Both the position numbers and the translations under genes were made by a program. From Octopus bimaculoides (lineage: Eukaryota), in contig NC_068985.1 in assembly GCF_001194135.2 (NCBI RefSeq), positions 13,803,900 to 13,867,899 of the forward strand: 64,000 bases of DNA, read 5' to 3'. This document shows, piece after piece, positions 51,901-57,910 of this stretch (position 1 is its first letter; the number at the start of each line of letters is the position of its first letter). The notes beneath the pieces are model-generated. The model made no database searches. It worked only from the letters and a program-made list of their open reading frames with translations, and was not told where the DNA came from.

Positions 51901-53158
51901 TCCAAAACAATCGATGATGAAAATAAGAGATCATATCCCAAGACGACAACAAAAGATATTCTTAAATATAATTCAACTTCGTTCGAAACTAATGCACAAA
52001 AGACGAAAAAACCAAATAAACTTCATGTTAACTCGATGACGGACGTAGAAAGCTAAGTTCAATGAGAATCGTTGAGAAATACATATTTTAATAACTACAT
52101 GATTATACATTCGTAAACTTAAAAGATAATTACCGTTTTAAAAATTAAATTGGGGTATTAAGTGAAACACATGTGTCTTTCGATTGCTTAGGTTTAAAGA
52201 TAAAAACTTAACACATTTATTTAAACTCCGTAAAAACTACAGAAGCGAGAGAATAAAAGACAACACGGTGTTTAGCTGGAAGAATTGGATGTATAAAAAA
52301 AAAAGAAGTAAATGGAAAACACACTTTGAAATATTTAACAATCCAGCATGTAACTGGACTAGACCGCGGTTGATTGACCAACATTCCTGGGGCTTCTTTT
52401 TATTAACTTATTTAGGTTATTAGATTTCGCATTTATACGGGTTATTATAAATGACCATTCTAGTCCGGAAAATAAACACTCGTGTGGAAACTGCATCTAG
52501 TTTCAATTTCATATTTAATAACCATATGACGGTTGATATTCTAACTCGAAATGCAGACACTTACACACAAACAGAGCGAGTACTTGTAACATATATATAT
52601 ATATATGTATATTTATACAAAATCCGTGTTGCTTATTTTGATCACCTTGCTTTTAGAATGGTTTTTGGATAATACCATACTATATTCTGGTGCTTAAACA
52701 TAAGTACCATATTCAATTTTGAATCTAAATCTAAATTTTTATAAATATATGTGTATATATCAACACATGCACACATAAATGTTTAATAGTATAGAAAGCC
52801 AAAGCAACTGTGGCGGATAAGAAACGCCAAAAGAGGAACGAGTCATCGTCACAGCCCCCTTCTGTCCCAAACATAGATATCTGCCCCAAATGTGCCAGAA
52901 CTTGTCGTTCAGAGATAGTTTACAGAATCACATAAGGGCTTTACCGCTCACCCTTCATGATCTTCGGACACGAAACAACTGCCATCAATCATCAAATAAT
53001 AATAAAAGTAATTTATTCTTCCAGGGGAGCAATTATGAATTAGTATATAACAATTTAATACCTGTGTTGACTGTTATTTCTTTCCAAACTGGTGCAGCTG
53101 TCTGTGTCTTGGCAACCTCCCTAAACAGTAAGTTCCGACAAGCCAAGAAGTGCGCCAT
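341..53158 (-). CDS. NUP160: Nuclear pore complex protein Nup160, spliced gene, 3' end outside the window
   Basis: Hand-spliced exons give one continuous frame with consistent phases. Peptides match recalled human NUP160 motifs: NRFIYW, HRLVFPHP, CKDHKLRWWS, DPRDVY, FYSCCVQYQE, LWP..CQY, CLRQL..VLC, RARSVDL..HNYY, PEYAWVV, GLFDRAI. Two exons are inferred in gaps. Confidence 0.97.
3489..3552 (-). CDS. NUP160: Nup160 exon 29 (APEEGTSPKHYLDGEEKIVTD)
   Basis: cag acceptor, GTAAGC donor; resembles PGASPKRNHDGE. Confidence 0.9.
4778..4947 (-). CDS. NUP160: Nup160 exon 28 (GNVMYEQGLRLGQE...PEYAWVVKPIPNCLTHP)
   Basis: cag acceptor, GTAAGT donor; PEYAW motif. Confidence 0.96.
5213..5596 (+). mobile_element. 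tRNA-derived SINE family A, full length, 12-bp TSD
   Basis: A box TGGCCCAGTGG, B box GGTTTCAATTCC, (CAA)n tail; TSD ATATTTAAAATT at 5201-5212 and 5597-5608. Other copies: 1098-1472(-), 1586-1815(-), 9945-10095(-), 12461-12822(-), 48046-48330(+), 61296-61673(+). Confidence 0.9.
5869..6072. mobile_element. Fold-back MITE with 64-bp arms
   Basis: 5869-5932 is the reverse complement of 6009-6072 with about 5 mismatches; 76-nt AT-rich spacer. Confidence 0.8.
6966..7071 (-). CDS. NUP160: Nup160 exon 27 (VVSILKNRARSVDLSSHNYYDLLFSIHISRNSYRA)
   Basis: cag acceptor, GTTTGT donor; RAR.VDL..HNYY motif. Confidence 0.95.
8658..8754 (-). CDS. NUP160: Nup160 exon 26 (CKDCLRQLLNVLCDRKQLNILVRFPYNNLQEE)
   Basis: cag acceptor, GTAAAG donor; DCLRQL..VLC motif. 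Confidence 0.95.
9437..9531 (-). CDS. NUP160: Nup160 exon 25 (ATLYLKVFKYHLELGHYEKAYNAMVTNPDPS)
   Basis: cag acceptor, GTATTC donor; FK.HL.LGH motif. Confidence 0.95.
11383..11478 (-). CDS. NUP160: Nup160 exon 24 (VINQFEHFQHPHIVISLAEEAICIASESDPNI)
   Basis: cag acceptor, GTAAGT donor; P..VI.LA..AI motif. Confidence 0.92.
13070..13208 (-). CDS. NUP160: Nup160 exon 23 (EPYKAAQSFVEAAEG...VNYYLK)
   Basis: cag acceptor, GTAAGA donor. Confidence 0.93.
13867..14022 (-). CDS. NUP160: Nup160 exon 22 (WPDSFSFLFPEFLVGHCQYLHLQEYVRML...FLLGQAYLYF)
   Basis: Follows the U12 acceptor; GTTAGT donor; WP...CQY..LQ.Y motif. Confidence 0.95.
14387..15780. mobile_element. Tigger/pogo-like MITE ends, probably split by the RTE insertion
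   Basis: TA-CAGTAATCCTTC at 14387-14400 and GAGGGATTACTG-TA ending 15780; nearby KHQSISIQDKIELLKK (about 16050-16105) resembles a Tigger HTH. Confidence 0.55.
14435..15655 (+). mobile_element. RTE LINE 3' fragment (14435-15225) plus a tandem second 3'UTR copy (15226-15655) inside the U12 intron
   Basis: RRLCWFGHVVRMNEDS...GRGRPRKTW peptide nearly identical to the 59 kb copy; two (GAT)n tails. Confidence 0.9.
16466..16622 (-). CDS. NUP160: Nup160 exon 21 (QPSLTLAELFLRGIGG...WINSLIPIIKILAKLL)
   Basis: aag acceptor; ends at the U12 donor GTATCCTTTT. Confidence 0.92.
18066..18151 (-). CDS. NUP160: Nup160 exon 20 (EFNLTQLAALDISEATAQTPVYTPHIGS)
   Basis: tag acceptor, GTCAGT donor; resembles ESNLQHLSVLE. 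Confidence 0.88.
18822..18955 (-). CDS. NUP160: Nup160 exon 19 (AHCGSGRCWSLQINLMPQVILNFRCYLVLKWV...)
   Basis: cag acceptor, GTATGT donor; Y..LKW motif. Confidence 0.88.
19749..19903 (-). CDS. NUP160: Nup160 exon 18 (LLSQIDWGQLFASN...TRLNATRDLLLLLLIAMKCGDQ)
   Basis: cag acceptor, GTAAAA donor; TR....RDLL motif. Confidence 0.93.
20596..20741 (-). CDS. NUP160: Nup160 exon 17 (LALNDLLIDNIKSHLENVIDLVSAVRVISAHLNL...)
   Basis: cag acceptor, GTAAGT donor; phase 2 to 1. Confidence 0.85.
24095..24245 (-). CDS. NUP160: Nup160 exon 16 (GHMVTDVLHVFKCMQLIAGDVSEDL...EQAAGSLVDS)
   Basis: tag acceptor, GTATGT donor; DV..L.KC..LI pattern. Confidence 0.88.
24570..25318 (+). mobile_element. RTE family B variant: last codons of the ORF plus long modular 3'UTR
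   Basis: ..[17 protein letters not shown] then tandem sub-repeats, the core GGAAGGGCATCCAGCTGTAGAAAC and GAT tail; related long copy at about 22085-22680. Confidence 0.85.
26714..26822 (-). CDS. NUP160: Nup160 exon 15 (NHLTYFCPCDIVEELYIGDGNAEAAVVLLNAVECRA)
   Basis: cag acceptor, GTAATT donor; phase 0 to 1. Confidence 0.85.
27787..27799 (-). CDS. NUP160: Nup160 exon 14, visible 3' end only (..CIRK); rest in gap 27800-28217
   Basis: C TGC ATA CGA AAG|GTAATT at the gap edge; fits the expected VCLLKK segment; phase 0 matches exon 15. Confidence 0.65.
28298..28528 (+). mobile_element. tRNA-derived SINE family D
   Basis: Head GGCG..GCTGGCAGAA..GGTTCAAATTCC and central GCCTTTCATCCTTTCGGGG..GATAAATTAAGTACC block (recalled as Meta/MESC-like, unverified). 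Other copies: 6706-6921(-), 8905-9066(-), 28218-28292(+), 42220-42426(-), 57935-58162(-), 62135-62215(-). Confidence 0.8.
29523..29627 (-). CDS. NUP160: Nup160 exon 13 (IRNAAMEYQLDEDEYCQLQLEHWTKFYSCCVQYQE)
   Basis: cag acceptor, GTTAAA donor; W.KFY.CC.QYQE motif. Confidence 0.94.
30865..31138 (+). mobile_element. tRNA-headed element family H, copy 3 (5'-inversion structure)
   Basis: A box 30910-30920, B box 30954-30964, (AAT)n spacer, hammerhead-like tail; last about 40 nt of the consensus sit inverted at 30867-30905. Confidence 0.8.
31705..32173. mobile_element. Family H inverted double unit (copy 1 minus 31719-31985, copy 2 plus 31986-32159) with 14-bp TSD
   Basis: CAAGACTATTTAAT at 31705-31718 and 32160-32173; arms reverse-complementary over about 160 nt. 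A further 3' fragment lies at 61959-62032(-). Confidence 0.85.
32066..32111 (+). ncRNA. Degenerate minimal type I hammerhead ribozyme motif in family H (also 31799-31844 minus, 31052-31094 plus)
   Basis: GACAC-CTGATGA-A-GGCTG(gagggtatat)CAGCC-GAAA-[C]G[T]T-GTGTT: helix II 5 bp, helix I GACAC/GTGTT. Each copy carries at least one core mutation; the intact consensus is inferred. Confidence 0.6.
32399..32485 (-). CDS. NUP160: Nup160 exon 12 (VYKRSVHVRQDTISLISLKEEVTNTVETE)
   Basis: tag acceptor, GTAAGT donor; LK.EVT..VE.E motif. Confidence 0.92.
33783..33942 (-). CDS. NUP160: Nup160 exon 11 (DQTAAKEWTDVILQPP...DPRDVYMEKIFYPG...VRALN)
   Basis: cag acceptor, GTAAGT donor; DPRE.Y motif. Confidence 0.95.
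34530..34627 (-). CDS. NUP160: Nup160 exon 10 (EDLTDFCLTGDRLLTLWSSSSGEPIARIALFP)
   Basis: cag acceptor, GTACGT donor; resembles ETLIDFALT..IWALW. Confidence 0.92.
35659..35733 (-). CDS. NUP160: Nup160 exon 9 (FCFIESSFNDGRYQLHHIGSIFGPS); exon 8 not visible
   Basis: cag acceptor, GTTAGT donor; resembles FCIFQ..RYSLDHISSLF. Confidence 0.88.
36629..36823 (+). repeat. Unclassified dispersed repeat, second copy at 62034-62128
   Basis: Near-identical AGTTGTAT.CTGTCAACTTAATGTGACAGTCCC...GGAAGCTGCACTGCTTCC in both places; the first copy runs into a gap. Confidence 0.75.
38370..38622 (-). mobile_element. tRNA-derived SINE family E
   Basis: Head TGGCTTAGTGG..GGTTTCGATTCC, body GTGTTCTTGAGCAAAACACTT..GGACTGGCGTCCC. 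Partial copies: 20345-20545(-), 22708-22830(+), 42510-42628(-), 44135-44270(+). Confidence 0.8.
38843..38921 (-). CDS. NUP160: Nup160 exon 7 (TQECLMVFNLLDLTRNKQHPHLPSIG)
   Basis: long pyrimidine tract and cag acceptor, GTAAG donor; phase 0 to 1. Confidence 0.88.
40026..40140 (-). CDS. NUP160: Nup160 exon 6 (GSSETAEKALSL...CKDHKLRWWSTK)
   Basis: cag acceptor, GTGAGT donor; CQDHKLRMWS-like motif. Confidence 0.95.
40287..40675. mobile_element. piggyBac-type MITE family F, interrupted by an RTE 3' copy
   Basis: TTAA|CCCTTTAGCATT ... ATGCTAAGGGG|TTAA. Other copies: 16119-16344, 28716-28941, 34753-35110, 41254-41897. Confidence 0.85.
42140..42510. mobile_element. hAT-type MITE interrupted by SINE D
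   Basis: CAGTAGTTCCCAACC at the left end, GGGGTCTGCGAACCACTG at the right; similar hAT-like ends at about 6155-6225 and 10705-10780. Confidence 0.55.
42794..42872 (-). CDS. NUP160: Nup160 exon 5 (EVTRFELCHSSMMQRIWSGLVPNII)
   Basis: cag acceptor, GTAAGT donor; resembles ELKQSSVMQRL. Confidence 0.93.
44476..44713 (-). CDS. NUP160: Nup160 exon 4 (ETVCYRFGEDSK...DGQAMFAFSTSLGSILLFCMPTIDKP)
   Basis: ttttgtttcag acceptor, GTAAG donor; 238 nt. Confidence 0.92.
45829..46036 (-). CDS. NUP160: Nup160 exon 3 (RTTGDILELVEQSLDYNL...HRLVFPHPNKIPKP)
   Basis: tag acceptor, GTAAGT donor; 208 nt, phase 2 to 0. Confidence 0.95.
46140..46420 (+). mobile_element. Probable non-LTR retroelement 3' end with (TAA)n tail, clade unassigned
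   Basis: GC-richer island ending in CTCTCACTC(AAT)7; single copy in the window. Confidence 0.45.
46480..46740 (-). pseudogene. BovB-like RTE C-terminal fragment
   Basis: WEERAGDRTTWRAVVKEG peptide typical of the RTE post-RT region. Confidence 0.7.
48989..49100 (-). CDS. NUP160: Nup160 exon 2 (GSDSTLQDIKVSNTSGGYAYQDSTQPNSAASNRFIYW)
   Basis: tag acceptor, GTAAGT donor; SGG..Y and NRFIYW motifs. Confidence 0.93.
49480..50780 (-). pseudogene. Degraded RTE/BovB-like LINE ORF (RT, frameshifted, internally deleted) ending in two C2H2 fingers
   Basis: KSPGSDGI, SQCGFRSSRGTAD, FVDLSKAF, GVKQG and LLYADD motifs across three frames; CTVC..SHLQTH and CSVC..RHFKIH. Confidence 0.9.
51041..51398 (+). mobile_element. 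tRNA-headed CORE-type SINE family C (octopus OR-like) with internal microsatellite
   Basis: Head, CACCTTGGGCAAGTGTCTTC CORE-like block, internal (TA/TG)n, conserved tail. Other copies: 1-230, 3183-3345, 3845-4155, 10800-11145, 23200-24055, 29010-29380, 60585-60770, 63685-64000. Confidence 0.85.
52800..52992 (+). mobile_element. Old BovB-like RTE 3' end just inside Nup160 intron 1
   Basis: KKRQKR...CPKCARTCRS(frameshift)LQNHIR zinc knuckle, then ATCTTCGGACACGAA 3'UTR-like segment and short CAT tail. Confidence 0.7.
53062..53158 (-). CDS. NUP160: Nup160 exon 1 (MAHFLACRNLLFREVAKTQTAAPVWKEITVNT)
   Basis: ATG at 53158; donor G|GTATT; 97 nt, phase 1 out. Confidence 0.85.
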
Positions 53159-53515
53159 TCTCCACTCTTAAAGACAACCGCCTTTTGCTCGCTTGCTTCC
53201 CACTTCACGTGCTCACACAACTTCCGGTGAAGCTACCCACACAGACATCGTCTAATTTCTACATCATTTTCACGATATAACTACATGAAACCATTACGAA
53301 CGAGCATTTTATTTAATAAATTAATTTATAAATTTCATTTAATATTTACTTATATAAAGAACCCCACAAAATTATTATAAAACAAGAGAAATAGTTGGTG
53401 TATTTTTAAATTTTCTTATTACTTTCTTTACAAAAGAGTTCCATTTCCGGTTCTACCGGCTCCACTGAAAAAGTCATCCTGGAGACTATCATTGAGAATT
53501 TTGTCTTGAAACAAA
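53159..53515. promoter_or_regulatory. Shared divergent promoter and 5'UTR region of Nup160 and SNRPC
   Basis: 357 bp between opposed ATGs, no repeats; E-box TCACGTG 53205-53211; ETS-type ACTTCCGG 53220-53227 and ATTTCCGG 53443-53450; TATATAAAG 53351-53359. Confidence 0.75.
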
Positions 53516-53523
53516 ATGCCGAA
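53516..53523 (+). CDS. SNRPC: SNRPC coding exon 1 (ATG CCG AA)
   Basis: aaaATGCCGAA|GTAAGT; phase 2 fits exon 2. Confidence 0.9.
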
Positions 53524-56500
53524 GTAAGTTACAAATTTATTTAAATATTGTGATGTTTTATAATTAATGTAACTTTAGATGCATCCTTTTGTATATCGTA
53601 CACCTTATAACAGTTTTTTATAAAGCAAATTTTAACCAAATTAACTTCATATATAAGGAACTAAAGTGTGGTGTGTTGTTAAGATAACATGCCGTTTGTT
53701 GTATTTCAGACTGTCCTTCGTAACACTTAATCTCTTTTTACAAAATAGCAAGTCAATATAACAAGGATTCGAGGAAACCAGTGCTTGGATTCTGCACCGG
53801 AAAAAAGATAAATTTTAATTTTAAACTTATGGATCTAGATATTAACCATATTATCTTGTATCACACGAATTTATTATCTTAGAAATAGCCATCGCTATTA
53901 TATTTGCTTTCGATTTACTTTTTAAAAATGTTTCCTCTTTAGTTATTGGTGCGGCCTTCTTAATATAAATTAAAATATCTAACATATATTAGACATAATT
54001 TTATTTTATAAACAAATCTGTTCCTAGAGTACTCTCAACGCAAACTTTTGAACTGTTATAAATATAAAACAAAATCTACAAATCACACCCGACCATTATA
54101 TACATTATATGTACCCCTAAAAAGTTGCGTTGCTTATGTTTAGAATGTCTTGATGTTAGATCAACGCTCTGATCGACCAGGTTTGATTTAAAGCTAAAAC
54201 AATGATTCTATGGAAGATCGCTTTTGAGGTAATTTTGACTTAATTTTGAGATCGTTCGTTTTGATAATTTATCTAAAATAAAAGAAAGTAGAAAATTATC
54301 ATTTACTAATTAGTACGTATTGCTAACATACAAGTTTATATATTTTCCATTTTTCTTTAGGTATTATTGTGACTATTGTGATACCTACTTAACACACGAT
54401 TCGGTAAGTATATAAACATTTTGTGTTCTTTACTGTAATTTAAGAGCCACTTTGACCCCCAATGGAGACGGGCAATTTTAAATTGGAATAAATTTGCTTA
54501 TCGTTAAGAAGAGAAACAGTTTAAACGTTTTGGGTAAAAACCTTCGTCAGAGAGAGAGAGAGAGAGTATGTTTATTGACGGTACCGATATTTCGGAGTAG
54601 TAAGAGAGAGGAAAAGGAAAAAAGAATAACCAAGGGTGGGTCGCAAGGGAACCTTGTTGACATATCCCAGTGCTTCTCATATTATTAGGAACAAGGAGAT
54701 TGATAAAGAGTGGACTATTTGACCCCCTTTTGTCACTATATTTGTTGAAATATTTTGCATTTATTTCAATAAATTTTTAAAACAATGAGGAATTTAGTAA
54801 AATAACTTAGTCATTATTTAGTTGCTATTTAAAACATAAATCAGCACAAATTTTTTTATTGGAGGTTTTAATTTAGATCACTTTAAACAGGAATATTTTA
54901 TCTTGAAACTATCAAAGAGTTAATAAAATAATTTTAAACTTCTCCACTACCATTGTGAAAGAAGGAAGAATTTTAGGGATGCAAAATGTTATGCCTTCTT
55001 ACTAATAGAGAAGCAGGGAACAAGAAACTTTCACTAATACGTTTTAGAAGGCCTGGTGTTTGTTAGTTTGAGAGCCACAGATCTAGTCCAGTGTTTCTGG
55101 GGGTGGATTTAAAAAATAATGGGATTGAACAAATAGTCTTGATTAATAAAGTTAAGATGGTTTCCTACTTTTTGAACTTGTCCAACCCTACTGTAAAGAA
55201 AGGATTACTGTATTTTCCAGCATCGAAGTTGAATTTTTCAGACAAAAAGTTACAGCCAAAAGAGGCAGATTGATTTATATGTTAAGATGACTTTGGAGAA
55301 CCAAATACTCCCATGTGAAATGCAGCAGGATATGGAATGATTGTGACAATGTTTGAGTGTTTACTCTACACACTATGATGACTTGTATGTCAGAAAACAC
55401 AGTATCTGGAGGCAAACTGTTCTGGCTTCTTACTGAAATTAACTTGCATAGCATCTTAAAGAGAAAATGGTGTAAGATATGGTCAATCAAGGGATGAATT
55501 GCACCATTTCCAATGCTCTGAAATATGTTTTTGACATTAGTTATGAAGTCTGAGCTATTTAAAGGAGAGAAAATATAATTTTAACATTCATGCTTTTCCC
55601 AGAATTTGAAATGAAGTTGTTTTCATGGAGAATTGAAGCTAGATTCTGTGGATACATTCCTTCTTTTTGAGTAAGTGGAAAATGTCAAAATATATTTTCT
55701 TCAAGCAACTGAGATTTGCTTCACCATGCTGTGCTAAGAATCTGCAGCCCACATTAGCTTTGTAGGGCCTCCTGTTCATGTGTTTTTTTTACCTATTGAC
55801 ATCAGTGTAGTGATGGGGTCATTGTCTTCTATTGGGGCTTAGAAATTTCCAATATGTAATATTTATTAAGATTTTGCTGAGGTGTAGAGACATTGATAAT
55901 AAATTATTAAAGCTAAATATATTTGTGCTTTAAAGTGTCAGGTGAGTACAGAACATAATATCAATTAATGGATGACAAAAGAACAGGAGTTATTTAATCA
56001 CTTTATTAATTTACAGCTATTTCTGCTATAAGAAGCATTGCATTCTGAGTTGAACATTTGTTTAGCGTCTTACAGTTTGCTCAGAGTCATTTAGGTAATT
56101 GATACATAATACTGATTAGTTGATATTGATTTCTATCCATAATATGAATGCTAATTGTGGAAACAAATTCTCTCTCTTGTCAATGTTATGCCTTAACTAT
56201 TTTATCAAATTTCTGCTAACATGCACAGTTTTTCTTCCAATAAATTTTGAAAATAAGGAGGAATATAGTAAAATGATTCCATCATTAAGTTGATGTTTCG
56301 ATCATAATACAACAAGAAATTTTGATTGTAAGTTTTAGTTTATCTCACTTTAAAACTTAAAGTCTTTAACATAAACTCTAGTCAGTCCTGGGCTGTTTGA
56401 TATCAAAAGGGTTTATGGGGAAACTTATCAATACCCACTAATGGTAGTGGGAGGAGAGCTCTTTATAAGTTAACAACCAGGTCTTCTTAATCTCTATGTA

Positions 56501-57864
56501 CTTACCCTTATTTAAGCCCTTTTCTTCCCATAGACCATTGGCCATCAATGACTTTTCTACATTGTTATTGACTCTGGGTTGTCTTTTCTGCATCTCTCCA
56601 GTTGGATCCTTTTTTTTTTTGTGGTTTTGTTGCACTGCATCATGTTTCCCTGAGGAGAGGCTTTCTTCCCCAGATTTTGTTGGTTCTGAATAGTCATTGA
56701 TGCATCTATAACTTTGCTTTCTTTCTAGGTAGGGCTATTGGGCCTATACAAACCCATTTCTACCTCTAAGAAGAGGTGGTTCTTATTAGTTTGGCCTCTA
56801 TCCCTTCACCTATTCGTTACGGGAAACAAGTAAAGAATAAAAAGAAAAAGACTTTGGTATGAGGGAGTGCTGAAAAGTTCCTGGCTTTAAGGGTGTCGCA
56901 AAAAACCTGGTTGAAGACCCAACCTTCCGAGTTCTTTTACAGGGCTCAGAAAAACTGAAGAACCACTGCAATAAATTTATGAATCTGAGAGGGTAATATG
57001 TTGAATAAAATCATAATTAACTGATCCTCCTGTATTTTCTTTTTCCCAAAACCAGGAACTTTTCAGCACCCACTCACATTTTCTAAATTATGTTTTGCAG
57101 CCCTCTGTGAGGAAAACCCATTGCAACGGAAGAAAACATAAAGAAAATGTCCGACTTTACTATCAGAAATGGCTTGAGGAACAAGTCCAAAAGTTGGTCG
57201 ATGATACCAGTAAGTATTGAATGCATTTTATGCATGCATACACTTTATGTATATATGTTATATACAAATACACACTTATGTTCATTAACATTTTAATATA
57301 CCCTTTGCCATGCTTGTATGAATTTGTGTTTATTATCGATTTTCTACAGCCAGAACCCACCAACTTTTTCCGATAAAAGTAATATTTCTCCATGGCCAGA
57401 CATGTTTTCCAAGGAAGACTAGAAACAGACGACAACGCTTGTATTATTGTGGCATTTGTTTACAGCTATCATGTGATGTCAAGGCAAGGAGATGTAACGC
57501 ACACACACACACATCATCATTTAACATCCTTTGTCCATGGGTTGGATGGTTTGACCAGGGCTGGCAACCTGGTGAGGCTGCACTAGACTCCAGTCTGATT
57601 CGGCATGGTTTTCTACAGCTGGATGTCCTTCCTAATGCCAACCACTTTACAGTGTGTGCTGGGTACTTTCATGTGGCACTACCATAAGTGCTTGACACCA
57701 TCAGAAGGACGGGTCTTAACACTTCTGCTGTGGACTGCAGCGAGGCATCAGGCATCTTTGTCCCTTGTTATCTTGCCTGAAAGGTTCAGCATCCTAAGGT
57801 CATTTTTCAATACTTCATCCCATGTCTTCCTGGGTCTCCTACTTCCACATATGGCTAAATATAT

Positions 57865-57910
<46 letters not shown>

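Larger units (their letters stand above)
2092..57680. repeat. Dispersed short 5'-truncated RTE 3'UTR copies (family B, about 30 copies)
   Basis: Shared core and (GAT/CAT)n tail at approximately 2092, 7393, 7770, 9640, 10225, 10500, 12170, 16935, 17255, 19075, 19410, 25660, 26395, 27020, 29972, 30272, 31160, 33195, 34815, 35112, 39090, 40330, 40990, 41283, 43395, 47035, 47405, 48608, 49425, 57510. Confidence 0.9.
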
